Part shown: piece by piece, positions 24,884 to 38,209 of the stretch
Layout: each line of letters opens with the position of its first letter
How positions within the stretch are numbered: position 1 is the stretch's first letter
Source of the DNA: Callorhinchus milii
Lineage: Eukaryota
Assembly (NCBI RefSeq): GCF_018977255.1
Contig: NW_024704743.1
Coordinates: forward strand, 69,132,001-69,196,000
DNA length: 64,000 bases
Reading direction: 5' to 3'
Program-made: the position numbers and the translations under genes
Notes under the pieces: model-generated
The model's input: only the letters and a program-made list of their open reading frames with translations
Databases searched by the model: none
Told to the model about the DNA's origin: nothing

Positions 24884-27402
24884 CTTGATGGGCTGAATGA
24901 CCTATTTATTTTTTCTATGTTCCTACCCTTAGTTAAACAAGTTATGTGTTTCTTTAATAATAGGAAACTCAGATCAACATAGCTTTTTACTTTTCTATGT
25001 TACACTGATAATAGGGAGCACATGCAAACACAGCTCTGTGTTCCTCGGGTCGTAAATTCTTTTGACGTTTGAAGTTTACCACAATAAGAAAAACTTGTAT
25101 CTCCAAACCAGGATTGCTGCCAAACAAATAAATGAACTTATTTCAAATAACCTTTGTTTAAAATGTAATATTCTAATAAATTCAAATCACAACTTTTAAT
25201 TTGCGGTCTCTTGGTGTTATTCACATTTGGTTTAGGACACATACATTACAAAACAATTTACATCGGTATAGCGCACGTCACATCGAGAGGTTGGCTCGAA
25301 GTGCTTCACACTGTTGGATGGCATCCAAGCTGAGCGAGTGAGAGTCAAAGAGAGTGGGGGAGGGTCGAGAGTCAAAGGTGGTGGGGGAGGGGAAAGATGA
25401 TTGAAAGTGCGCTCAAAGAAGTGATAATTACAAGGATACGGTAGCTGCCTGTACACGAGTACATGTTAATAGGATTGAACATGCGATATTCATAACCCAG
25501 AAGCCATGACCTCTGCTGACGTTTTCTGGGTTCTGGGTCATTTCTCTTTAAACAAAGAAAACTGTGACAAAGCATTAGGAGGCACCAGATGGTCTTTGCT
25601 GGCCTTCGGTGAAGGATTTTTAATTTTTTTTTAATCTAACTTTATAGTAGATTTTACAATTTCATTCACAAACCGGAATTTGCTGTTAATTTGTAGTTTG
25701 CCAAAATTGTAGTTTCAAACCCAACCTCAGTGTGTATGTCGTGTTCATACAGGTCAGAACTGGTCTTCTTAAGATCGATGTAACACTGTATCACTGTTTC
25801 TTTCATTGTAAATTTATTCAGTTCGGGTATTTTGACCAGGACTCGAAAGGCACAAGTTTTATGAAATGAAAAGAGCATTTTAGAATATATCGCTAATAAG
25901 CATGAAAAGAAAATGAATGGGCCACTTTCCAAAAGAAACTTCTTGGTACGTTATCCTCTGATAACATTGGTCATGGCAGTTTGTGGGACATTGCTGTGTG
26001 TTCACATGCAAAGCACAGTAAATTCTGTGAAATGCTTTGCGACAACTTAAAAGCATGATAAGGATCCATATCAATTGCAAAGATCATTAATATGTTATGT
26101 TATCCAATTTCAACAATTTTGCTGCCAACATTTCTACAACAAACACAAGAGTTAACCTCCTGAATATTAAGCTTTAGTATGAAGCTTTCTTTGCAGTTTT
26201 CAAACCTTCCTGTTTCAATCATTCAGTGTTTCAGAAATGGCCTCCTCATTTCCTATTCTGAATTCCATGAAGAAGAATTGCCATGTACTCCACTTAATTG
26301 CAAGCCACTTAATTGATTTTTCTGTGCTTGATTCACAGTTTTAAGGTCAGAGATATGTTTAGTTCTGTTGCATTTAACTTTCTATTGCTTAATTGTAACT
26401 CAAACACAATTTTGGGAATATTATGGCTGTCTAGGAAAATCATTCTGTATGGAAACTATTTATTGCCCAAGAGACAAACACAGTTCAGCTTAATGCGTCT
26501 AACACTGAGTCAGCCAAAGAATTCATTCTCCATACCCCCTAGCAACAGCCAAAGAATGCAGTGGGGTTGTCTATCTGTATGCTTCAACATGTGTAACAGC
26601 AGCAAAAGCTACTCCATTTTTCATCACAAATAAATAGCCGCATCCACGTCTCAGGAATCTTGTGAAAAATTGAGCAGGAAATAAAAGTTATTTGGGAAAA
26701 TACTATGTCAAAGTGAAATATTTATAAAACTAGAAAATGTAATGCATGGTGCAGCCTGTTACAGTTCAGAAATATATATATTTTTAGGTGAGGAGAAAAT
26801 TCCTTACATTTGATGTATTGAGGCTTTGTTCTCAACAACTAACTCACAGATGTGGATGTACAGTGGTCCTGTGTGATGTTCGGCTTGTGTGTAAACATGT
26901 AACTCATTTTCATCACATGTAATGTTGGTCTCATAACTCCCAGACATATTCTGTATATTTGTAAAAATAACGAATCCTTTCTATTATGTAATATGCTGAG
27001 ATGGTATTGATGGTGTCTTAGCAATGACCTCATTAATCTGCTTTCAGTGCACAAAATTATGTTCTCTAATGTTTTTTGTCATAGTAGCAGGAGACGGAAC
27101 TTGTCACAGAACAAGGAAAGCAATAAACATTAGGTGTATACCAATTATCACACTTTTTGAAAGCTTAATTCTGCAGTTGGAGCTGTTTGCCTCACTTTAC
27201 TGTGAAACTTTAATTGGTGCACGGAGAAAGCAGTAATTGAAGACTAATCACATACATGAATGAGAAGGGAATATGGGCGAGACTAGGGAGGGGAGATTAG
27301 AATGCGCAGAGGCTAATTTGAAGTATAAATACCAACACGGACTTGTTGGGCTGAATGGTCTATTTCAGTGCAGTCATAAATAATAATATATATGATATAT
27401 AT

Positions 27403-27752
27403 TTCTTGTATTTCATATAGCACCTTATCACATCTTCAAGACGTCTCAAAGCGCTTCACAGAATATACTGTAAAGTGAATTGACTGTATATTTTGTGGAC
27501 AGAACATGGCAGCCAATTGTCCCACAAAAGTCATGTATTGAAGTGACCAATTTATTATTGTTATTTTTTTTAACAAATTATTACTCCCAGAAAAGCGATC
27601 CGCCAATCGACTACCAACGGAGTTCCTACTTACTGCTAGGTAAACGGGCATGTGGAGTAAGGAAACTGGCCAAACATTTCACCCTGCTGGGAATCAAACT
27701 CAGGTCTCTAGCTTTCGAGCCAAGTGCTCTAACCACTGAGCTACAGGACTCC
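27403..27752 (-). mobile_element. tRNA-derived SINE, long form
   Basis: Head, extra segment (as in the 23961 copy), Deu core and tail are all present. Confidence 0.9.
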
Positions 27753-29699
27753 ACACATGTATATATATATATATTTATTATTATTATTATATATGAAAGG
27801 ACAAGATCAGATTTGACTGTGATGCAGCCCATGATGTGTGCTCATGCTCACTGTTACACATTCTGTTTACAAATGTATGAATTTTAAGTGGCCCCCACCC
27901 CCAAGTGACAATGTAAAACACAGCGAGATTCAAGTAATTGGCCAATATTGCAAATTTCTACTGCATCTGTAACAATTCTAGATACTGTAAATCACACGTG
28001 CCTCACTTTGGTCTAAAGAACACAAAAGGCTTGATGAATCGTCCTTCCGACATGAAAAGCGCGATATAAATGTAAATTTGTGTTGTACTGTAATAGGGAA
28101 AAGCTCACGAGACTCAAGACTCATTGGGTATATAAGAAAGAGAGGAGTCGCCATGAATGGTTACACTAAAGAAAGGCACAAAGGAGATCATATTGAAGCA
28201 GTGGCAGAGCTACGGGTGGACCTGGGTGGGCCAAAGCTCATCCAATTAGCACCCAGGCCCCCTGCTGCTCTCGCCTCTGCTTCATACCTCCCATTCCGGC
28301 TCACTTCCCAGGAAAACAGCTGGAGAGGGAGGTATGAAGCAGCACAGAGAATGACAGGAAGAGAGCCTAACAGAAGGTATGGTCACTATATATATATATA
28401 CATATGTATACATACTGTACATATACTGTTGTCAGACCTTCAGTCATTGCCTGCCGACCATGAGTTAGAGCCCACCCAAATGTTCATTCCTAGCTATACC
28501 AGTGTATGAAGTATTCAAGATAATAATAATCCTTGTGTTTGATATAACACCTTCCAACTCACTTTTTGTTTCACCTCATTCAAGGTCTATCTCAAGACTT
28601 ACCTCTTTGACTTTCCTTTCGGGAATGTTTCGCTCCCCACCCCTCAGCATTCCCACCCTTAGCTCGGGCTCCAAGCCAAAATCGTTTAGCGCCTTAGGAT
28701 GTCCTCTTGATGTGAAAGGTGCTACATAAATTTGTATTGTATTGAATAATGCAAGAAAAGAAAAATGTACACACACACACAACAAATGGATAAAGCAGCT
28801 GGAAATTTGAGTTTTAATGAATCATCAAACCATTATCAATATGGTATCATGCATAGAAACGTACATCCTAGGCAATATAAAATCTTACAAACATATTGTT
28901 TCTTACTATATTTATAATTAAATATCTTAATTATTTTACTCTAATTTTCCAAAAAGCAGATCTGGCCAGCAGTTTGTGAAAAAATTTCAATAACTAAGTT
29001 GTAAATTGATTGATAACTTTTGGCGAATAGTGAACCACAGCATCCCAATCACTCTCTTTACTCAGCAAAAAACAGGCTGCTTCATGACCCCCCACCACCA
29101 CCCTATCCATCCCAGCTTTAGCGGGCGGGCTTTCAGCCATTCTGCCCCACCCTCTGGAACTCGATCCTGTAGTCCCTCTGACTCGCTCCCTCCCCTCTTT
29201 CATGGCCTGCCTCAAAGGGTATCTCATTGGCTGTGCTTTCGGTCATCTTTCCTATTCCCACTCTTCTCGGATCCTCCAGCGTAGGTGCCCAGCCTAGCAC
29301 TGTGAAGTGTTTGAGACATTTTCCCATCATGCTAAATAAATGTAAGTTGTATTGTATTGAATACTTCTTTGTTATTGGTGGCTTTCAATGGTAACATACA
29401 GCATTTGAAATGGAAAAAGGAAGGTCTGCTTGGAATGAGGACAATGTGAGGCACACCAAGCCTTTGCTGTATTTTAGTTATGTTGAGCAGCTTGTGTGAT
29501 CTGGAGATTTGGGATGGTAATTTAGAAGAAATATACAACAATTTGTTCTTCAGTGTAAAATGTTGAGTTGCTTTCAGCTGAACATTGTTGAAATACTTAG
29601 ATGGACACCATACAGAATGATGCAGCTTCTACACTATAATGGGATGATCAGATTAATTGAGATTTTGTACAAAGCACATCTGCATTGTATTATTGGGAA

Positions 29700-30445
29700 A
29701 GAACTTGCATTTTTATAGCACGTCAAAAAATCTCAAAGTGCTTCAGGGATAATTCTTTTCAAGTCTATTTTTATTTGTAAATGTGGCGACCATTTACTTG
29801 TACCACCAAAGTCCCCAAAACATTCAGTGACCAATCAGTTACATGGATTATAAGACGGGACACTGGGGGATGCTATAGATCTTTCTATAAATGGAATCTT
29901 GTTGTTGTTGTTGTTTTTTAATGTCCACCTGAGGACAGATGGAGGAGATATCAGTTTAAAATCTCATTCAAAGGAAGGCAACAACAACAAATTACATCCG
30001 TGTAGAGCCTTTCACATCAGCAGAACTTCACAAGGCCTGGGCCCAAGCTGGATGTTGAGATCAGGATAGGTAGAGGACAGTGAGGGTAGGGGTAGGAGGG
30101 TGACCAAAGGTGCGATCGAAGTGGAGATTTCTTTAGACAGGCCTTCAAGGAGGTAAGGGAGGGGGCAAGGCGAAGGGACCGTGGGATGACGTTCCAAAGG
30201 TTGGGGACAGAAAGGCTGAAGGCCTGACTGCCAATGGTGGGACGGGCAGGGCAGAGGACATGGAGCACGTCGGAGCCAGCTGAGCGGAGGGAACAGACAG
30301 CCATCTCCGAAAAGGCACCTCAGATAATGCAGTTCTCCCCAGTAGTACACTGGTCAGTCAGATTGTGAGCTCAAGTTCCAAGGTTTAAACCCACAATCCT
30401 CTTGGCAGAGGCAGGAGAGTGCTACCAACAGAACCCAACTGAAAC
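29700..30445 (-). mobile_element. Old DeuSINE-like element interrupted by an L2 3' fragment (about 29980-30297, minus) and a tiny L2 tail (about 29885-29915, plus)
   Basis: SINE body breaks at tctcattcaaaggaaggca and resumes at aaggcacctcagataatgcag; the insert translates PTIGSQAFSLSVPNLWNVIPRSLR. Confidence 0.75.
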
Positions 30446-32156
30446 CTTGCTGTCTGTTTATCAGTCAAAGTAATGCAGGACTGTTCGGGAGCTGGAGGAA
30501 AATGCAGAGGCTGCACAGGTTTGTGATAAAAGCCCAGATGTGAACAATATGCGCCAGAAATGCACACTGCTTTGAAGGTAACATCAGAGCGATTTGGATC
30601 TTACTGATGACTTGCTGAGGAGCAAATGATTTCCATCATAGCCCATACAGCAGCAGTGTAATAGCACCTGAACAGCAGGTGTTTAACAGAGTACCATGGA
30701 ATAGAAGGTGGACAACAATGATATGGAACAACAGCAGCTGGTGCCCAATACCAGGCAAACCAGACACACACCATGAAATGGATGCACAGGCATTGAAGTG
30801 TGATGCACGTAATGTTATTAAGGACACAGAAATTAAGCTGCTCTTCTGTGAACCAGTACTCCTTTGTCATGGTACACATTAATCTCTTGCCTCACACCTC
30901 TTTGACAGTGCTTTCGATCATCTTCCCCCACACTCTTCAGCACATCCTCTCACACACAGCACACGCAGAGCACACACACAAAACACACACCCACCCAACC
31001 CACCTACGCACAGCCTCCCAACCTTATCCACAGACCCACCCATTTGGTGCCTTGCCAGTTGGGTAAAGCATTTTGAAACATCCTCCCGACATGAAGGCTG
31101 CTACATACATGTAAATTGTATTATATTGTACACAAGTCGAGAAGTCCAATTGTTTGAGCCTAACCATTGTGACAAGAGTTGTGGCGTGGGTGTCATGCTA
31201 TTGACCAGTCTATCAGTCAACCATATTTATCAACCATATGACAATTATAACCAATGATATCATTGCCACTGGATCAAAATACTGGAATTCTGCAACCACT
31301 GTGTGTGGTTGTTGCTGGCTGTCTGTCTTCCTGCATGCTGGTCAGCCGGCTCCCACACTAAACCACGGCGAATGACCAATGTGACAATGCGAATGTGAAG
31401 ACCCTGAAGGAGGTCATTTTTTAGCTCAGGAGTTCACCAGCGTGCCAGCTGGATGTGTGTATGTGCCCAGTGAATGGGCCTACACTCTATATATACATAT
31501 ATATACACGCTATATTAAATGCAAGGATTATTAGTAATATTACACTCCATTCTTTCTGTAACCAAACCCACTATTCGTGAGGTACATTATGAAAGGGCTC
31601 CACTGTATAACCTTTTCACTCAATGAATGATGGATACAGCCTTAGCTCTGAGAAGAGTGCTAACACCACTTCAGCAAGATTCAAGATAAGACATCGTGTT
31701 TGAAGCCTTGCTCCATGAAGCTGCCATTAAACGATCAGTTTTTAACCTTTTATAGGGAGGTAACTGGGAAAAGATCCTGCCTCCTTCGGTCAGATGTCAT
31801 CATGTTTCAGTCACACTTCAAAGATTATTGTTCTCTGGAAGCCTACCTAATGATTCAGAGGAGATTTTATACCAGTAGAAAACAATGCACATTAAAACAG
31901 AGCACACAAATAAATGGAAGACAGAGAGATTTTGTTTATGAAAGATACCAACCGTTTTAAAAAAAATCTAGAGCAGATTGTCCAGGGCTACAATACATTC
32001 TGGAGCAAATCATGTCAGCTGCACTGTGTTCCAGGGCAGATCGGTTCAAGTTGAAATGTGTTCTGGAAAGGGAAACACATTTCCCTTCAACTATAATGTG
32101 TTCTGGAGTAAATTGTTCCAACCTACAGTGTATTAGAGCAGGCCACGATGTCTATA

Positions 32157-32966
32157 ATAACAACAACAACAAGATTCCATTTATAAAGCGCCTTTCACGT
32201 CAGGAGGACGTCCCAAGGCGCTGCACAGTTGGGTCAGGACCCGAGCAGGGGGGAAATGGTCAGGGTGAGGGGAGGGAAGGGAGGGAGCGAGGAGTGGGAA
32301 GAGAGTCGAGAGGGGAGCTGAAGGCTCGGCCAAAGAGAAAGGTCTTGAGACCGGCCTTGAAGGAGGAAAGGGAGGAGGCGGCGAAGGCACTGGGGGATAG
32401 AGTTCCAGAGCCTGGGGGCTGAGAGGCTGAAGGCCCGGCCACCGATGGTAGGGCGATTGGGGCGGGGGATGTGGAGCAGACCGGAGCCGGAGGAACGGAG
32501 GGTACGGGAGGTAAGTAGGGGGATAGTAGGTCGGAGAGGTAGGAGGGAGCAAGGCCGTGGATGGCCTTGTAGGTGAGGATGAGGATCTTGAATTCGATCC
32601 TCTGGGGGATGGGGAGCCAGTGGAGGCGAGCGAGGGTGGGAGTGATGTGGTCCCGAAGCCTGGTGCGGGACAGTACACGAGCTGCAGAGTTCTGAATGAC
32701 CTGCAGTGTGGAGGGAGGTGCGGGAAGGCCGGCGAGGAGAGAGTTCCCATAGTCCAGCCTTGAGGTGATAAAGGCGTGGACCAGAGTTTCAGCAGCGTGA
32801 GGGGTGAGGTAGTGCCGTAGTCTGGCGATGTTCCGGAGGTGATGGAAGGCGGTGCCAGTTGTGGTGCGGATGTGAGGGAGAAAGGACAGCTCAGGGTCGA
32901 ACAAAACGCCGAGGTTCCTGACTGGCTTTGAGAGGTGGAGAGTGCAGCCTTGGATGCTGATGGATA
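32157..32966 (-). mobile_element. Well-preserved 5'-truncated L2 LINE (ORF2 C-terminal region plus 3'UTR)
   Basis: VRNLGVLFDPELSF...FHHLRNIARLRHYL...HAFITSRLDYGNSLLAGLP...HITPTLARLHWLPIPQRIEFKILILTYKAIHGLAPSYLSDLL; CpG-rich; (CAA)n tail. Confidence 0.96.
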
Positions 32967-32974
32967 ATGCATCA

Positions 32975-33162
32975 AAAACAAATAATAATAATTTGGTCAC
33001 TTAATCCATGACTGTTTGTGGAACATTGCTGTGAGCAATTGGCTGCTGTGTTTCGCCCACAAAATATACAGTCAATTCACTTTACGGTATATTCTGTGAA
33101 GTGCTTTGAGACGTCTCGAGACTTGATGAGGCGCTTTATCAAATGCAAAGATTATTATTATT
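32975..33162 (+). mobile_element. Headless 3' half of the tRNA-derived SINE
   Basis: Deu core, tail and (TTA)n, directly abutting the 5' end of the L2. Confidence 0.88.
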
Positions 33163-33814
33163 TTCATGGGGCAGAAGCAGACTGTCACTGGCTTCATGCA
33201 TGTCCCTGCTTTAAAGATTCCAATTTTGGATTGCTATCAGAAAAGAAATGTTGGAAATGCAATATGTGTGGCTTGCAGGAGTTTATTTTTATTTATAATA
33301 ACAATCCTTGCATTTAATATCGCGTCTTATCATGTCATTGGGACGCCTCAAAGCACTTCACAGGATATACTGCAAAATGGTGTGACTGTGTATTCTGAAG
33401 TATGAAGGAGTACTAGAGAATTATCATTGCAATTGAGAAAGCAACATAAATTCTTTAATGTAGCAGAATTTTGTACTCATTTTATATTGTATTTGCCTAA
33501 AAATACAGTCACTGCTTTTCAGTAAATCCTGTGAAGCACTTTGTCAAGCCTTCTTGCCGTGAAAGGCACTATATCAAATGCAAGGATTATTATGATTATT
33601 CAAATTATATTTTTAAAATGGTAAAATCAATGAATTGGAGTAGATTTACAATGACATCAATGGAAAACTTACAGAGGTGTTGGGACTTCGGGAGAAGAAG
33701 TATGAATATTTGTTTACTTTGACAACTGGTGTTCTTTTTTTCCAAATCAATCCTCAGTAGCTCCAGAAATGTACCTTTATATGTGTAAATAATTGTAAGT
33801 CTCCATTCCTTTTA

Positions 33815-34055
33815 TGCCTGAGAATAGAAAGATTTTACCTGGTGATTCTTGCTGTGTTTAAATACAAATAAAGTACGCGATCTACACGGATCAGGTTGTT
33901 TGGCTGCTATAACACTGAATGGCTGAGTGCATTTCCTGCCTTGACAGAATAAATCTAAAAATCTCCTCCTGTGTGGAAATCTATGACCACTTTTGTACTC
34001 TATAGAATTCCTCATCAACAAGAATCCCCAGGTAAAATCTTTCTATTCTCAGGCA
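33815..34055. repeat. 40-bp inverted repeat pair (33815-33854 / 34016-34055), MITE-like or local inverted duplication
   Basis: TGCCTGAGAATAGAAAGATTTTACCTGG (28 bp perfect) extends to 38/40. Confidence 0.9.
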
Positions 34056-34206
34056 AAAGGTCAATCATGATCTAAGCCTAAATAGAAGTTGATAATCGGC
34101 GCTATTTGAAGTCACATACTAATACCAGCCTCATCATTGGGAAGCGGAGGAAGAGAGGGGAAGAGTTTCACACAACAATCTCTCAGAAAAAAATGCTCAT
34201 TCACTT

Positions 34207-34667
34207 ACATTAGAATACATTAGAATGTACAGCACAGAAACAGGCCATTCGGCCCAACTGGTTTATGCTTATGCTCCACATGAGCCTCCTCCTGCCCTTC
34301 CTCATCTAAGCCTTCAAGCATAACCTTCTATTCCTTTCTCCCTCAGGTACCTATCTAGCTTTCCCTTAAATACATCTATGTTATTTGCCTCAACAACTCC
34401 TTGTGGTGGCATGTTCCACATTCCCACTACTCTCTGTGTGAAGAAATTTCTTCTAACTTCCCTATTTGATCTATTTGTGACTATTTTATATTGATGGCCT
34501 CTGGTTTTGGTCTCCCCCACAAGTGGAAACATCTTCCCTATGTCTACCCTATCAAAACGTTTCATCATTTTAAAGACCTCTGTCAGGTCACCCCTTATCC
34601 TCCTCTTTTCAAGAGAAAAGAGTCCAGGTATATTCAGCCTTTCCTGATAGGTATAACCTCTCAGTTC
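34207..34667 (-). mobile_element. CR1 LINE 3' end
   Basis: MFPLVGETKTRGHQYKI...RRNFFTQRVVGMWNMPP...FKGKLDRYL plus 3'UTR ggccgaatggcctgtttctgtgctgtac. Confidence 0.93.
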
Positions 34668-34849
34668 AAAATAGCCACTTCATGGCTATTTTGAGAACAT
34701 TGTTGTTGTGTAAATTGGCTGCAGCAATCACCTACAAAATCCAGTAACTACACATTATAGTTAATCATGTGAAGCACTTTGAAACATCTTCCCAATGCAA
34801 AAGGCCTCATACCAAATACAAGGATTACTATTATTAAAACTTCCAGAAA

Positions 34850-35145
34850 ACCCAGTGGTTAATTACACTCTGGATTAAAAAAAACGCTTAGTGTCTGTAT
34901 TGACAATCCTCAACCTGTGATCTCTTATCCTGCTGTTTCAGCGCATCCTAAGGTATTGTTCTAGATTACTGTTTACTTTTTCAATCCTATTTAAAATCTT
35001 GTATACCTCTACAAGATCACCTCTGAGATATCTCCTTTCAATACTACAGATCCCTAACCTGTCTAATCGATGCTCATTACTAATTCCTATAACACTGGGA
35101 GTCCTTCTCATTATGCTCCTCTGCACCACATTTAGGGATTGGGTA
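34850..35145 (-). mobile_element. Older degenerate CR1 fragment
   Basis: RLDRLGICSIERRYLRGDLVEVYKILN. Confidence 0.8.
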
Positions 35146-35152
35146 GCCCTTT

Positions 35153-35527
35153 TACGTCATACCTCTCCGACCTACTATACCCCTACCTACCTGCCCATAC
35201 CCTCCGTTCCTCTAGCTCCGGTCCGCCCCAACCGCCCTACCATCGGTGGCCGGGCCTTCAGCCTCTCAGCCCCGAGGCTCTGGAACTCTATCCCCCAGTG
35301 CCTTCGCCGCCTCCTCCCTTTCCTCCTTCAAGGCCGGTCTCAAGACCTTTCTCTTTGACCGTGCCTTCAGCTCCCCTCTCGACTCTCTACCCCCTCCTCG
35401 CTCCCTCCCTTCTCTCCCTTCACCCTGACCATTTCCCCCTGCTCGGGTCCTGACTCAACTGTACAGCGCCTTGGGACGTCCTCCCGACGTGAAAGGCGCT
35501 CTATAAATGGAATCTTGTTGTTGTTGT
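35153..35527 (+). mobile_element. Young L2 3' end (same subfamily as 32157)
   Basis: Closely matches the reverse complement of about 32160-32545; ends gggacgtcctcccgacgtgaaaggcgctctataaatggaatc(ttg)n. Confidence 0.95.
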
Positions 35528-36124
35528 CACAGTGTAGCTGCGAGCTGACCAGAGGACTATATAGCTTAAGTATATATAGTTTTATATATGATCCAAACTC
35601 TAAACTCTGGGGATCTAAACTCAATTTGGCATTATAGCTCTGAACCTGTTTTTTTCTTGTTTTTTGTTGCGTCACATTGTTTAAAAATGGTGAGCGACAG
35701 TAAACTAACATCCCCTAGTCTCTTTCACCTTCCTTCTTGATAAGCTCTATTCCCACAGGTAACTCCACTTTTTATTTCCTCTATGCAGTACCTTGCATTC
35801 AGCTACATTGAACGTGTATGATTTCTGTGTACAGTCTCACCGTTCATTTTCAGTGAATTTCTATCTGAAGGCACTATTCGAATAGAGAAGGAACTTTCTT
35901 CTGGTGTCCTGGTCAACAATACCCCAAATAAAACTGATCATTCATTTCATGGCTGTTTGTGAGACATTGCTGTGCGCAAACAGTGTTCACCTACAGAATA
36001 TTCACAGTCGCAACACTTTACCATAAATCCTATTGGACTCTTTGAGACATCCTTCAAAGTGAAAGGCGCTTTCTGAAATGCCTGGATTATTCAAAAGAGA
36101 CAACATCATAAATATATTCTTGCA

Positions 36125-36273
36125 GAAAGAAAACAGGTCCAGACCACATTCAAGAGCAAGTACTGCAGCTGTTGTATTATTTATCTATCATTTCAATATA
36201 TTCCAAATCAATCAGGCTTAACATTTTTCTTGTGAACTTTTAGATCACAAGGGAGGGGTAGCAAATTGGTGAA
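36125..36273 (+). repeat. Local direct duplication, copy 1 (copy 2 at 38082-38209)
   Basis: Shared agtactgcagctgttgtatta.ttatctatcatttcaatatattccaaatcaatcag...aagggaggggtagcaaattggtgaa. Confidence 0.92.
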
Positions 36274-38081
36274 CTGTGAATTGTGCCAATTAGGGTTGAC
36301 TCCTTACAGTCATAGCATGTCCAGGAGTGTGTACTTTAAATGATGAGCACTTATTTGTAGAGCATTCTTTGGACAGTTATACTTTTCCAAACATCTATTT
36401 AAACAGTAATCTAAAGGTCTCCTCTGTGCAGACCATTAGATTACTTCATGCACTGCATGAAAAATAAATACAAATGCACTCTGACATCAGCCAAGGGCAT
36501 CTTTACTAACATTACTGTCAACGTGCCCGCTCTGTTGTAAATGAGCAGTCTCTGTGATTTTATTAAGTATCTGCTGTCTTTACATTACTCCAAGGGGATA
36601 CCCTTGTCTGACATTACTATGGAGTGTCCTTTTTTCCATTTTCACACATTACATGGAATATTACAAAAGACAGAATGAACACTTCTGGTAACTTCTTAGA
36701 ATATATAGACTTGACATTTGCAGTGCTCATGTCTAAGATAATAAAGACACAAAAATATAACAACAACATCAACAAATTGTATAGCTCAGGAGGACACTGG
36801 GCAGTAAGGGATTTGGATCTGAGCAGGGGATTGGGATCAGGAGAGATGAGGGCAGGGAGTGTAGGGGTAGGAGGGTGACCGAAGGCGAGTTCGAAGAGGA
36901 GGGTCTTCAGAAGGGCCTTGAAGGAGGCAAGGGAGGGAGCAAGGCGAAGGGACTATGGGATGGAGTTCCAAAGGGTTAATAGGTTTAATTTGTCAGTTGT
37001 GCTAACCGTAAGTTAAACATTAAAGAAGATTTATTTCATTTGTTAATTACAAAACTAAGGCCATTTGTTCTTCCTTCGGTAAGTATCAGGTTGCACACGT
37101 TTGATGCAATCCCTAAATTAAACTCCATTATCTGTGTAGTGTGTTTATACTGTAGTGAAATAAACAATTTTTCGGGGTAACTGCTTTCATTTTCAAACTT
37201 GTTAATATAAGAAATTAAGTGAAACAAGAAAAGATACTTTGGCCAATCAAGTTTTTTGCTTTCAATTTGCACTCTTTGGAATTCTTCCCAACATATTTAT
37301 TCTCTTGAGGGAGGGTGATTAGGTAAACGTTTCTGTTCCTACTACAAAGTACAGTTACATTGCCTCAGCAAGACAATAAGCATGGTGTTCCATAGAGTAT
37401 TTGCCTATGTGTGTAAATGCACTCTTAGAATTATAGTGCAACCACATCTTGTGGACCTTCAGTATTGAGAGCAATTCACTGTTCAGGCCATTTTTTCACA
37501 GTCGGCATTTTCTGACTTTTCCCCATTTGAGCAAAATCCCAAACTCACTAATGAGAACACCTCTCTCACTAATAAGAGGAAAATAATCTAGTGCCCTAAT
37601 AGCAAATTTCCACTGTGTTGGATTCCACTATTCCATGCATCTCCTAAAATGTAGGAGAAAATAAATCTTTTCTAATCTCTAGTTTACTTGAGGCTTGACA
37701 ATTTGGTATCATCTTCCAGTTTTGTGATTAAATCTGAAGTATCTTTCTTATATCTGAATTATATTCATCCCTCAACGTTTTAAAAACCTGAATCATATCC
37801 CTCCTCAATCATCTGTTCTTTATCAAAATCATGTTAAACACAACAAGATTCCTGCCATAAATACAGATACATTACCAGAATTTGTGTCAATCTCTGAGCT
37901 CTTTTCGATGCACTGATTCTTTTTTAAAGGTAGAATATCCAAAGTTGTGCATGATATGTAAACAATATGTAAATACTTTGGAAACCTTTTAAGCCAGACT
38001 CATCGGGGACAGCCATTTTGTCTGGCTTAAGAGGAATCCGAGGTTAGCTGAAATACCATTCACCCCCAGCAGAGGAGGACC

Positions 38082-38209
38082 GAAAGAAAACAGATCCAGT
38101 ACTGCAGCTGTTGTATTACTTATCTATCATTTCAATATATTCCAAATCAATCAGCTTCAACATTTTTATTGTGCACTTTTAGAAAAGGGAGGGGTAGCAA
38201 ATTGGTGAA
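38082..38209 (+). repeat. Local direct duplication, copy 2, fused to a short antisense CR1 fragment (about 38204-38269)
   Basis: As copy 1, with 18 nt missing near the start. Confidence 0.92.

Noticed and set aside
28198..28345. CAGTGGCAGAGCTAC-starting GC-rich block resembling a DNA transposon end
   Set aside because: No matching second terminus or TSD found.
32181..32981. 266-aa Ser/Pro/Thr-rich ORF and similar alternate-frame or antisense ORFs over L2 and CR1 copies
   Set aside because: Shadow frames of GC-skewed LINE sequence with no independent coding evidence.
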